Assembly (NCBI GenBank): GCA_002633005.1
Contig: NMRA01000154.1
Coordinates: 602,232-666,231, forward strand
Direction: 5' to 3'
Origin: Phoronis australis
Taxonomy: Eukaryota > Animalia > Phoronida
DNA length: 64,000 nucleotides
A model generated the notes under the pieces. It did not search any database. It had not been told where the DNA came from and was given only the letters and a program-made list of their open reading frames with translations. A program made the position numbers and the translations under genes. Positions 27,001-61,960 of this stretch are shown one piece after another. Position 1 is the first letter of the stretch. Every line of letters starts with the position of its first letter.

Positions 27001-28691
27001 TAAATGTGTTGCCTGCCCAGTGTGTCTTGGTAAATAACATCAAACCAATTTCTGAATTTTATCTCACATTCAAGGGCATGCTTTAAATAATTGATGTCAT
27101 AAAGTCCATCCCCTTAAGTCAAGTAGGCCACAGTTCTGCCAAGTGTATGTCACTGAAGACTATGTTAACTTACCTCTTTCTTTGGAGCCTCCTTCACACC
27201 ACCAAAGTGCACTTCACCTTTGTCACGGCCTACTGGCTTTGGACCATCAACAGTGTCATAACCGCTCTCAAGTGATTCCACTAAAAAGGTAAATCTAATT
27301 AAAATATATAACAATTAAAAGGATTTTACATTAGGCACCTAATTAAAAGTGCTTTACGAGGCGTCTGACTACAGCGTATTTGACTCTTAAGTAATCAGCA
27401 AAAAGCGATTCCTGCTTAATATAAACAAAACTCAAACTTTGTTGGACAAAACAAGCTGTGTTCAATGAGGTAAAATATAATTTCTTATCAACCTTGCGGT
27501 ATGAAATGTGGGCAGAACACAAGAAGAGACATGGTACCGGAATTTTCCATAGATAAGCCCACCTGATGAAACGCCCATGGGCATTTATTTGGAAAATTAT
27601 GCCGAATACACACCTATGGGCGTTTATTTGGTGTTACATATTGTGGTGTTAAGTGTCCAGACAGTGGGGCGTTTATTTGGAAATTTCCTCTTCAAAGCTC
27701 ACTTAGCGTCAACTTTTTGTCACAAATTCAGTTTTGTGGAGCATATTCCATTTATAAAAAACGAACAAGGTGTTGGCAAACTATGCATTTATTAACATAA
27801 AATTAAAAAACGCAGTGTTAAGTAAAAAAATGCCAAAGTCAGCAAGATTATGACTTTCCTTTTACACGCCCCCTCTTGAGCGTTTATTTGGTGTTGCTAG
27901 AAAGCCTGAAATTTTTCATTTTCCGAATTCACGCCCTTAGGTTTATCTACGGAAATTCCTGGTAAGAACAAGCTTGAGAAGTTAATATGCCATTATTCAA
28001 GAATCAGTTTTAAAGACAGTCAACGATTTGTGATGAAATCCTTTACTGAGATGATTAAGAAAAGGACTTCTAAGATTTGATAACCAAGTGTAGAAACCAA
28101 GCCAAACTATTGTATGAATGCACTGAAAAGTGTGCAAGTAAACCTTCTCACTTGCTCAGTACAACAATCATCATTTTGAAGTTCACACATTTTTGGTTAT
28201 AGTGCCCTTACCATTCAAAGTAAGCAGGCAGTAGGAAATTGGACAGTTATAACGCTGCAGTGCCCTTACCATTCAGAGTAAACAGGCAGTAGGAAATTGG
28301 ACAGTTATAACGCTGCAGTGCCCTTACGATTCAGAGTTACCAGGCAGTAGGAAATTGGACAGTTATAACGCTGCAGTGCCCTTACCATTCAGAGTAAGCA
28401 GGCAGAGGAAATTGGACAGTTATAACACTGCAGTGCCCTTACCATTCAGAGTTACCAGGCAGTAGGAAATTGCACAGTTATAACGCTGCAGTGCCCTTAC
28501 CATTCAGAGTAAGCAGGCAGAGGAAATTGGACAGTTATAATGCTACACTGTCTTCATCAACTTATTCTCATACCTGAGCTGGAAATGCCGGAGCGTGGCT
28601 TCCACACATTGGACGTGATAAGCTCAGAATTGTTGAGGGAGCTGATGGTTAAAAGGTTATCGAATGACTGCGACCTTCCAACATGTGCCAT
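24044..28691 (-). CDS. MYORG: Myogenesis-regulating glycosidase (MYORG/KIAA1161/NET37)-like GH31 type II membrane protein, about 732 aa, exons 28691-28574, 27280-27174, 26017-24044; catalytic nucleophile apparently lost
   Basis: The 669-aa ORF has a single TM helix (IFVIILFVIIVVSIPLIWYFY) and MYORG-type motifs (HWYGG..WPL, ERHWVSSRG, WWSG..LDVTN, PDKELFIRWLQL..FLP.MQFS.PPW, PIIRPMWW, DQFLIGDDLLVAPV). Two upstream exons join in phase via GT-AG sites. An in-frame TGA lies upstream of ATG 28691; the acceptor of that exon is at 28806-28805. Confidence 0.9.
26130..26385. repeat. Minisatellite, ~30-bp unit (TACTGCATGGTAATAGATACAACATCAG)
   Basis: Recurrent CTGCATG/GATACAAC cores in the last MYORG intron. 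Confidence 0.75.
27535..27964. mobile_element. TA-flanked MITE (Tc1/mariner-like ends TACCGGAATTTTCC...GGAAATTCCTGGTA)
   Basis: Imperfect ~25-bp TIRs beginning and ending in TA; internal GGGCGTTTATTTGG subrepeats. Confidence 0.65.
28201..28546. repeat. 58-bp minisatellite x6 directly downstream of the MYORG first coding exon donor
   Basis: Unit AGTGCCCTTACCATTCAGAGTAAGCAGGCAGTAGGAAATTGGACAGTTATAACGCTGC, nearly identical copies. Confidence 0.92.
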
Positions 28692-29401
28692 ATCTTGTCT
28701 ACTTCAGGAGTTTCTTAAGATTTACACAGCAGGGCCAGTGACAACGGTACGGCAGGTAATAACTACACCAAGATTTGCCTGAGCGGAGAAACCAGCTGGA
28801 GATCCTGTCAAAAACAGACATTTAAAATCATTAAAGTTAAGCCATGTAGCACCAAATGCTACATTTCCAAACTATGCAGACCAGGCTGTGCAGGACTGAA
28901 TGTAAAAAATTGTCAATGAGTGGTGAATCCTGTATATAACACTGGTAAGTCATCAGAAATCTGATGCAAGAGTAAATAGTTGTCTGACACCCGTGAAAAA
29001 ATGAAGTACATTACCAATTGAATCTGTGTTCAAGGACAACAATATCAGAATTACATGGGCAGCGCACCATAGGGGGTTGGGGGGAAGGCTATAGCCCCAC
29101 TTTTTCAGGGTTACGCTGCCCATGGTTTGTGGGCAGTGCACTACAGGGGCCCTGGGGGCTTTAGCCTCCCACTTTTTCAGAGCTGAGCTGCCCAGGAGTT
29201 AATGGCACAGTAGCATAAAATGCAATTTAAAGATCCTGTCTTGGGCCAATTGTTGTAAGCCTCATTCGACTAAGCCACATATAAATGCAAAAATAGTGAA
29301 AATGGCTGCCACAGTGCCATCTTGCTTTTGGTTTTAAGCAAAAACAAAACAGGGTAGAGTTCAGTAACGCTAGGACCTAAGCTAGAACCTAGCTAAAATC
29401 N

Positions 29402-30177
29402 GTTGAGGGAGCTGATGGTTAAAAGGTTATCGAATGACTGCGACCTTCCAACATGTGCCATATCTTGTCTACTTCAGGAGTTTCTTAAGATTTACACAGC
29501 AGGGCCAGTGACAATGGTACGGCAGGTAATATAACTACACGAAGATTTGCCTGAGCGGAGAAACCAGCTGGAGATCCTGTCAAAAACAGACATTTAAAAT
29601 CATTAAAGTTAAGCCACGTAGCACCAAATGCGACATTTCCAAACTATGCAGACCACGTTTTGCAGGACTGAATGTAAGAAATTGTCAATGAGTGGTGAAT
29701 CCTGTATATAACACTGGTAAGTCATCAGAAATCTGATGCAAGAGTAAATAGTTGTCTGACACCCGTGAAAAAATGAAGTACATTTATTTACTAATTGAAT
29801 CTGTGTTCAAGGACAACAATATCAGAATTACATGGGCAGCGCACCATAGGGGGTTGGGGGGAAGGCTATAGCCCCACTTTTTCAGGGTTACGCTGCCCAT
29901 GGTCTATGGGCAGTGCACTACAGGGGCCCTGGGGGCTTTAGCCTCCCACTTTTTCAGAGCTGAGCTGCCCAGGAGTTAATGGCACAGTAGCATAAAATGC
30001 AATTTAAAGATCCTGTCTTGGGCCAATTGTTGTAAGCCTCATTCGACTAAGCCACATATAAATGCAAAAATAGTGAAAATGGCTGCCACAGTGCCATCTT
30101 GCTTTTGGTTTTAAGCAAAAACAAAACAGGGTAGAGTTCAGTAACGCTAGGACCTAAGCTAGAACCTAGCTAAAATC
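29402..30177. other. Near-identical duplicate of 28632-29400 joined at a single N (probable haplotype overlap artefact)
   Basis: Sequence restarts at N 29401 with only scattered SNPs and small indels. Confidence 0.85.
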
Positions 30178-30278
30178 TACCCAAATCACATGTTCTCATT
30201 TAAAATACACAGCAATATCTCACGTAATCTCGGAAATCTAGCTTTTTAGTGAGGTCCTAGAGTTACTGAAGTCTACCC
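30129..30278. mobile_element. Short MITE, TIR GGGTAGAGTTCAGTAACGCTAGGACCT
   Basis: Inverted match AGGTCCTAGAGTTACTGAAGTCTACCC at the right end. Confidence 0.7.
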
Positions 30279-30432
30279 ACGCTTCTGAGCCATTCACATT
30301 CAGAGATATAAGATACATTTTTTGTGTAAACAGGTAATTTTACATTGAACTTAATAGCCAAGATTACGAGTGACCCCCATAAAACCGGCCGTCGAGCTTG
30401 CTAACCATTCAGCTAATAGGTAATAGCTTCTT

Positions 30433-31025
30433 TAGCCAGTGACCACTGACCACTGACCACAGAGATGCTGAAGCTCCTATAGGAGCTTTTCGGAAGCTTT
30501 TCGGCAAATTATACCTCACACCGACTAAAAAATCAAAGTCACATTGTTACAAGTACCCTTTGCACATAGAAGGACACCTTAGGAGGCCGTCGATGTATTT
30601 AATTCCTCATACACAAAGAAATACTACCATTATCAAACTTTTTCTTCCAGCAGTTTCTCATTCAATTCCCAAAATGAAAAACTTGCCATTTTGAACACTA
30701 TGCGCAACAGGTGGTATGACGCCATATCCCCTAGCGTGCCCAGCTGTAAAAATGACCGGTTACTGATTTTGGGAACTGAGCGAGGGACTGCTCAAAGAAA
30801 AAGTTTGATAACGTGAGTATTTTTTCAAGTTGGAAGGAATCAAAGACATGACTGATGACTTCTAAAGTGTCCCTCTATGTGCAATTTGTATCAGTAACAA
30901 CGTGACTTAGATGTTTTAGTCAGTGTGAGACATGATTCGCCGAAAAGCTTCCGGCTAGTATGAAGCTCCTACAGGAGCTACACCATGATCTCTACTGACC
31001 TGGTAGAGACATTAGTCATTGTCTA
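30433..31025. mobile_element. Fold-back MITE, second full copy of the 8894-9472 family
   Basis: Collinear similarity to 8894-9472 across its length; same ends and palindromic arms. Confidence 0.8.
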
Positions 31026-31399
31026 TTGGCTATTGCCCCTAACTTAAGCACGTAGCTTTAACAGAGTAATACCCTCCGACACAGTGCCACCTGTGCTGAA
31101 AAGTGTCCCTGTGGAAACATGATGAACGACACTCGGAATTCCGTGTGTGAGCATCAATGCGCATGCTTGGTCGGAAGTGCACCGATCACATCACCACCAC
31201 TTGCACACGCCTTCTATAAACTGTACTTATTTGGGCTTAAGCCACTGGATCGGGATTTCCTTGATTGTGTTTACTTTGATCGCTGCCCGTTTTAACAAAG
31301 TGCAACTATTCAAATCAAAGTTCTTCGACATACCACAGGCATCCTCAGCTTTTTGATAAATGATAGTGTATTGGGGACGACAGAGAATCTGAGGACGCC

Positions 31400-32064
31400 T
31401 GTGCGACATACTCGTAACAGTAAACTGAAGGGGGTTTCCCAGATTTCAACAAATGGGAATGACTGAGTGTTATGACGTTGGTTTCATTACTTTAACCAAT
31501 GAGAAGCCATATTAAAAAACATTCCACAGTGCTCCATTTCGTAACACTATCATCTATGACTGACTATGTCTTTGAAATAGTGTCACTGTCACTGTTTGTC
31601 TAGTAAACTAGTGACAGTGTAACAGACTATAACACATAACAGAGTAACAGAGGCTTATATGATTCACTGGAAGCACATCTTGAATATGAAATGCGTGGAA
31701 CTTGTAACGTGCTAACAAAGAAAAAAAAACTACCAGAAAGCAAATTTGATGAGAAAAGCAACAGACTTGGAGAATTATCATTTCAGCAAGCAAAAACCGT
31801 AGACCGTCACGGATTTGAGAGATTTTCTGTACTCACAAAACCCACTTCCTCGTCCTGCGACACCTATTATCAGAAAGAAGTCTTTAGTTCTTTTGTTCAA
31901 ATCCTCAAAAATAGAAGAGCAATGAAGAAACTTGACTTATTTTCTTGTGCAAAACAATTTTTCAAAATAGAAATTATTTTTTCAAAAATAGAAAGTTGTG
32001 TAAGCTCTCGTGAGTCTCCGGATTTCTCCGTATGCTAATTAGGTGTCTGCAGCGTGGTGAAAAA
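31400..32064. promoter_or_regulatory. Putative divergent promoter region between MYORG-like (-) and ZFR (+)
   Basis: Head-to-head arrangement; CCAAT at ~31496 and TGACGT at ~31473; ZFR ATG in an AAAATGGC context. The MYORG TSS cannot be fixed from sequence. Confidence 0.35.
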
Positions 32065-55788
<23,724 letters not shown>

Positions 55789-56611
55789 GTACAGCCTCGC
55801 TTTCATTCTGCATGTCTGATCAAAGTCTATTTTTGTCTTAAGTCTTTTAGAGAGCCATTTTTGTCATGTGACGTTGTATCGGCCAACCGAATCCTGATTT
55901 TTTATTTACTGGCGCCGGTGCATTTTAGTTTGCCATGTTTTGTCTGTAGTAAGCAGGGAAGTCCAGAATAAGAAAGAAACCGGTGTCTTATATCTTAGGC
56001 ACTTAACTCGCTGGGGAAAAACTGTTTACGCTAAAATCTTTTTTTTTCTGACTTGGAAACTGGTTTAGCCGTTTTTCAGTTCACTGGTGTTCAGTTAAGG
56101 AAACAAAAAGAAACTTCTATATTCCGTGATTGGTCAAGCCCTGTATTCGTCTGCTGTGTAAACACAGCATTGTCATTTTAAAAGGTATTGATTATACCTT
56201 TGGATATACTAACCGTTACTGGCACTGAGGCAGCTGCTGTTGGTATTACGTTTTAGTCAAGATTTGAATAAGTACAAGGAATGTTCAGCTGTCTGTGCAT
56301 GGACGTTTTAACAGAAACAACTAGAAATGGTCTGTGCAGTGAAGTGGTGTTACTGTGTAACATTGCAGAAATTTATAACCGGTCAAATGAGTTAGCATTT
56401 GACAGTGTCCGAGGCAGGTGTTGTAAACTAAGGTCATTTCTGAATCCGCACTGGTTTTGTCTATCCATAAAAGGTCAGCCCTGGATATCTTGTCACTTGC
56501 TTATGTAGTCTGCATGTTCATGTTTAGTGACAATACTTTTCGGGTACGTCAGAGTTCATTACTGGTGTTCACTTGGTTCAGTTGTTATTCACTATGTGTT
56601 TTCTTGTAGTC

Positions 56612-56617
56612 AATAAA
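56612..56617 (+). terminator. Candidate polyadenylation signal for ZFR
   Basis: AATAAA about 820 nt after the stop, followed by a GT-rich tract; repeat-like DNA starts further downstream. Confidence 0.45.
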
Positions 56618-59600
56618 GTGTTAGTATTCAATGTGCTTCTCTTTGTGTTCAGTCTGTTATCCCTCGACACGCTGTATAATTGTCCACTGCAGTGGGTTAA
56701 CATGAAGGGGAGGGGTACAATGTTATTGAAGACATATTTCAAGTGCGAAATTCAATATCTTGTGCCGTGGTGTAGGTGGGCCGAATTGAATTGCCATTTG
56801 GTTTTGGTCACCTTGCTGTCGTTCTCAAGTTCATGGAAATCCAGTTCCAAGTTGACGGAAATGTTGATGTGATATTGGGAGAGGGATACGTTATTAGACT
56901 TCGTTCATATTTTGAGCTGGTAGGGCATCAATGGGCACCAGTCGTTATATTTCTGGCCTTCGTTTTCACGATGGCGTTAGTGTCGAGAGAATTTCGGCAG
57001 TGTTCTAAATATCTTATTTCTGTCCTGCGATTTCATGGGAAAAACGTGCAACAATGAATTCGAAACTGCGCAGCTCTCGATTCACAGCGATAATAGAATG
57101 GGCGTGAGATGGACGATTTTTTGCCAGACCTACTATTTTGACTTGGTGTTGAAACTGGTAAATCACATGCGAAACGGCAAATTAATAAAAAAATCCCAGT
57201 ATTCAGATGATACTATTTTATTTCTACAAGAAAAAATTCTGATATAAATTGTCTAAAATTTAGAAAACATCTGGGTTAATGTCTGGCATACTGTAAAATA
57301 TCAAACAGTTCGAGAGAAAATTCACTTCACAGATTAAGATTTGGCAAACTTTTGAAGATAATCAAAGACATGGCTGGTCGGATTAGTATGAAACTTACAG
57401 ATATGCTCTGTTATCTGAAATGTTGCGAATTGCTTTTAAAATGTTCCACTTATGCATGAAAGGCTGTCAAAAGTAGCCGCCTTTAAAATCTATAATTTTC
57501 ATGGCAAAAAAATAAGTTTCATCAAACAAAAACAAAATGACAATTCAGAAAAATGTAATGTCAGCGTTTTGAGATATCAGTCTTGGAACATATATCGAAA
57601 ACAATCGTGTCCTTTGTACCGTTGTTTTGCCATGGATGTACCATTTCGTTTGTGTTAAATTTTACCAAAAAGACGAGCTCATCTTTTATTTGTAGGTATT
57701 TGACTAAACACGCCGACAGGTCGATGAGGCCCTACTTTACCTTAATGGACTAACAAACCAATGAAAGGCTTTGGAATATGTTTCAATTTTCAACCATGAT
57801 AAACAGATTAAAATAATTTCTTAAATTTTGAAATGAAAACAGTGGTTTGTCGGTTCTTGGTATAAATATTATGCACAAATCAATACTAGTAAAGTTGGTA
57901 ACCCGTTGCTTAAATGTAAAGCGTTTGTAGTTGCCTTTTGCAAACCTGTTATCTTCTATTATGAACTCCCGATTACTTGGGAAGAAAATATTGACTTCTT
58001 ACATAAAAACATAAATGAATACCAAATAGGGTGGAAGAACAAAAACAATTTTGATTGATGGAAGAATCGTATTCTTGAACAGTTTCTATGAGACACGCAT
58101 CCAAATTCATGACGAACCTGGGAGGCATTGAAAGATATAAGCTTTCAAAATGGATTAATTATTCCGCTTTGAGACGTGTTATTTACTTGAAACCAAAGCC
58201 TAGGAGGTCAAAGGGTGTTAAAGATTCTCATTTGTTTTCTAGAAATATTTTGCTTTTTCCAGACTTGTCTCGGCGCCGGATACAAAATGCATCTTGATTG
58301 ATCGGTACTTAATCCAGACAACGCACCTTGATTAAAACCAAATTTACGCTCTTCCACACAAACTCTTGTTACATCCTTATGTTACATCCATAGTGAGGTT
58401 TATACAAGTGTTTTGAAAAAGGCGAATTAAGTTAATGAGGACGCATGTGCATCTTGTGGATAACATTTGATGATGTGTTTTGTGACTTCGTGAAAATTTT
58501 GTGGTACGAGATTCAAAAGCAATTAGTCTTCTCATCTGAACAACACGAGTGGGTCTCGACGAAAGTGTTATAATGACGTCATACTTTGGGTGTAATTTTG
58601 TCGATACCAATTCCATATTTGAGTATTTATCAATATTTTATTTATAAATGTCCTAGAAACCAGCAGAGCGCCAAGTACTACCTCTAAAATTACTGTACAA
58701 CCCTATAAAACTTTTGTGGGTGACGCTTGTTACTTATTGCTTCCCAAATTTGGCACCACCTGTTGGAAAGTTTTGTCTACGCCATTGCTTTCGAGCGTGC
58801 GTTACTTCTGTATAGTTTATCAAAAAGTTTAGGGACGGATTTTACGAACATTTCATGTCGCAAATGGAATAAGCATCAGTTGATACGACTTTTGGGATGA
58901 TCTTTGTTGTCAATCTTCATGTGCCGAATTACGCCGGATGCACTGGCGCGGCCATGTTGCTTGTCAGCGATACCAGGTCCGGGAATTTCTAGTAACAATA
59001 ACGTCCCCCAGAGTTGATCTTGTAAATTTGATGACACGTGATGGGGCATTGCTAGATTAGACTATAGCACAACACTTGATGAGGAAAACCAGTCTTCACC
59101 TGATTAGACCGCATGCGCGCACCCACGGGGGGCTTGGGGGGCTCGAATGAGCCCCCCCCCNTATCCCTCGTACACTGTGTTACCCAAGTCCGCACTCAAA
59201 TGTAACACAACTTTCTATAAATAGTCCCAGAGCATTTTTAGGTATTTTCCCCACGTGTCACAGCTAGGTTGTCGGTAAACAATCATATGCACACTTCAAT
59301 CTATGGAATTTATTTGTTTAACTATCACACTTACGAATGCGCGTCTTTTTCCGGCAACAAAACGTGTAATAACAATAACCTAAAAGGTTAACTGCTATTA
59401 AATATTTTCGAGCCAGACGTGAACAGAAATCGCATTTGTACAATATAAATGGTACTATGAGATTTTTGAAGAACTTAAACTTAAAAAGAAATTTGGGTGA
59501 AAACTGTCTTGATGGGGGAAATAATTAGTGGGGTCTCATGCGTCTTAAAATGAATGCGATTAGTAGAACAAAAATCATTAGTTTGGACGTTTATTACACT

Positions 59601-60257
59601 GAACACATGTTAATACTTGTTGACAACAAGAATTTAAGTTACAACGATACATTCAACAACTACTATAAGCATAACCTTATGAAGAATAGGATAGTAACAG
59701 CGGTGCTACTGCTTACAGAAACTTACTGTTGTGTCAAGTTGAACACGTATCCGATACTGATCAATGTAGTACCGGTGACCGATAAGGGGGGGCGTAGTTT
59801 ATCGCCGTAATCATTTAGCAAATTTAACGAATGCGAGACTAGTAATCAGTGTATTTTTGTTTTTACTTTTACGGGATCGTGCAAACTTCGGTATGAGTTC
59901 AACTGGCCGAATATGACTTGGCATTATCATAAATTTCTTAGAAACAGACTGCACGGAAACACGACTGGCGTAAGTCTAAGAACTCAAAAAAGTCACCAAG
60001 AAAAGCAGTAAAGTTTCTATAAAGCTTGCTAAATCGAATAAAGCTCTAAAAGCAACATATGCGCACAGATTATGAGAGTAAATTGTTTGCTTGCGCAAAG
60101 TTCACAGTTAGATGTACATGCACACACAACTTAGGCTTAAAACTGCACAGAATATAGAGTAAATACGACACAACAACATTACAATGGTTCAGTACTTGTA
60201 CACCTATACTTTAAATAGAGACCATCTACACTATAACACTGACACGATGTGACTTCC

Positions 60258-61620
60258 AACAAGACAGGTAAAACGGTAGCAGGCGAACAATATTTCACTG
60301 AAAACTCTTTGGCGCCGACGTGCATCAATTGTGCATCGCATACGATATGCTTCTAAGGTCCACTAGGAGGTGCTGCAGTAGTAGTCAAATCAGCCCGAAG
60401 ATCAAACGGTGCCGGCGCATTGTCGTCATATACCTCTCAGTAAAGTTTCATTGGAATCTGTCAATCAGTACTCTAAATAATATCGGAAAAGCTTTTTCCC
60501 TAAACAACACTTGAGACGTCCCTTATCGAGAACAAAATAGTGACGGCACATGGTCATCATCTTCCAAGTTTCATTACAATCCGTCAATCGGTTCTCTAAA
60601 TATCACCCCGAAACACTCTTCCTCCAAATAACACAGCCCCTTGCCACGATACTGCAGGGGAAAAATCCAGTAACACCAAAAACGAAGGATCCGGCGCATT
60701 AATATCACATATGTCTGTGCCAAGTTTCGTCGACATCCGTCAACCGTTTTTTTATGTTCATGCCCAAACAACACATGAAAGCCATTTGAGAACAAAATGA
60801 CCACTAGGAGGTGCTGCAAAGGTCAAATCCCCTGGAAATTTAATGGTACCGGCGCATTGATATAGTCATATAGCTTTGCGCCAAATTTTATTGAAACTTC
60901 AATCGAAAACACTCTTCCCCAAAATCGATCTCGAGAAGGGGCTCCTGTGATGAAATTCTTTCGAAAATGAAATGGTGTCGGCATCACAAACCTGTGTGAC
61001 TAAGTTTCATTCATATCCGTTACCGCTTCTCCAGATATCATCTGAAGCACTTTTAATGCCCCCAAAAACACTTGAACAGCACCTTGTTAAGAACAAAATG
61101 ACCACTAGGGGGTGCCACATTAGTTGAATCCACCCGAAAAGTTAAAGATTCCAGCACATTGACATCACATACCTCTATGTCAAGTTTCATTAAAATTCGT
61201 CAATCGGATCTCTAGATATCATCCAGCAACGCTATACCCCAAAATGGTCACCGACAACGAGGTGCTACAGTGGTCGAACTGGTACGACAAAAAAGAAACC
61301 GGCGCATTGACATCATGTACCTCAGTGCAAAGTTTCATCAAAATCCGTTGGTTTGCTCACTAGATATATGATCCAGAAACGCTCTTTCCTCAAACAACAC
61401 TTGAAAAGGCCATGTGGATAACAAAATGGCTACTAGGTGGTGCTACAGTGGTCGAATCTGATCGAAAATGTAATCCTGCACTCGATTCGCTAAACATGAA
61501 ACGTAATCGCTCTCATACAAAAAGACCACGAGGAGGCACTGCAGTAGTCAAATCCGCCCGAAAATCAGATGGTGTCGGGGCATTCACATGTTTCGCATCT
61601 GTGTGAAGTTTCATGCAAAA
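60258..61620. repeat. Degenerate array of ~150-200-bp subunits (AAAATGACCACTAGGAGGTGCTGCA...CCGGCGCATTGACATC...AAGTTTCAT), probably the interior of a non-autonomous element
   Basis: The same ordered motifs recur about 7-8 times. Confidence 0.7.
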
Positions 61621-61815
61621 GCACGACGACTCCGTCTGTTTCCGCTTGCGCTAGACCAAGATCTCGAGTGTTGCTTTTCTACATGGCATTCAAGTAAAAA
61701 CTAGGTCACATCTTTTCACAAATCACATCACCTTACGGCAGAGTTAGTCAGCGACAAAAATGGCGTCGATGATAAGACACGTGGGGAAAATGTTGGCATT
61801 TCGGCATATACCATG

Positions 61816-61960
61816 CAAGGACGTAACCAGGATTTTGAGTCGGGGGGGGGGGGGGNGTGAGACGTTCGCACCGACCCCCGAGCTGCCAAATGGAATAAGC
61901 TAGGGAGAATTTTAGGGGGCCATAGGGCCTATCCCTTTGCCCCCCCTAAATCCGACACTG
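61816..61960. mobile_element. G/C-run MITE related to 510-660
   Basis: Shared internal blocks; contains an N within the poly-G. Confidence 0.55.

Noticed and set aside
28201-28546. CRISPR-like array
   Set aside because: Units are contiguous and nearly identical with no unique spacers; eukaryotic intron, no cas genes.
57000-59100. Possible DNA-transposon remnants or lncRNA
   Set aside because: Looks repeat-like, but I could not identify TIRs, a TSD or a second copy.
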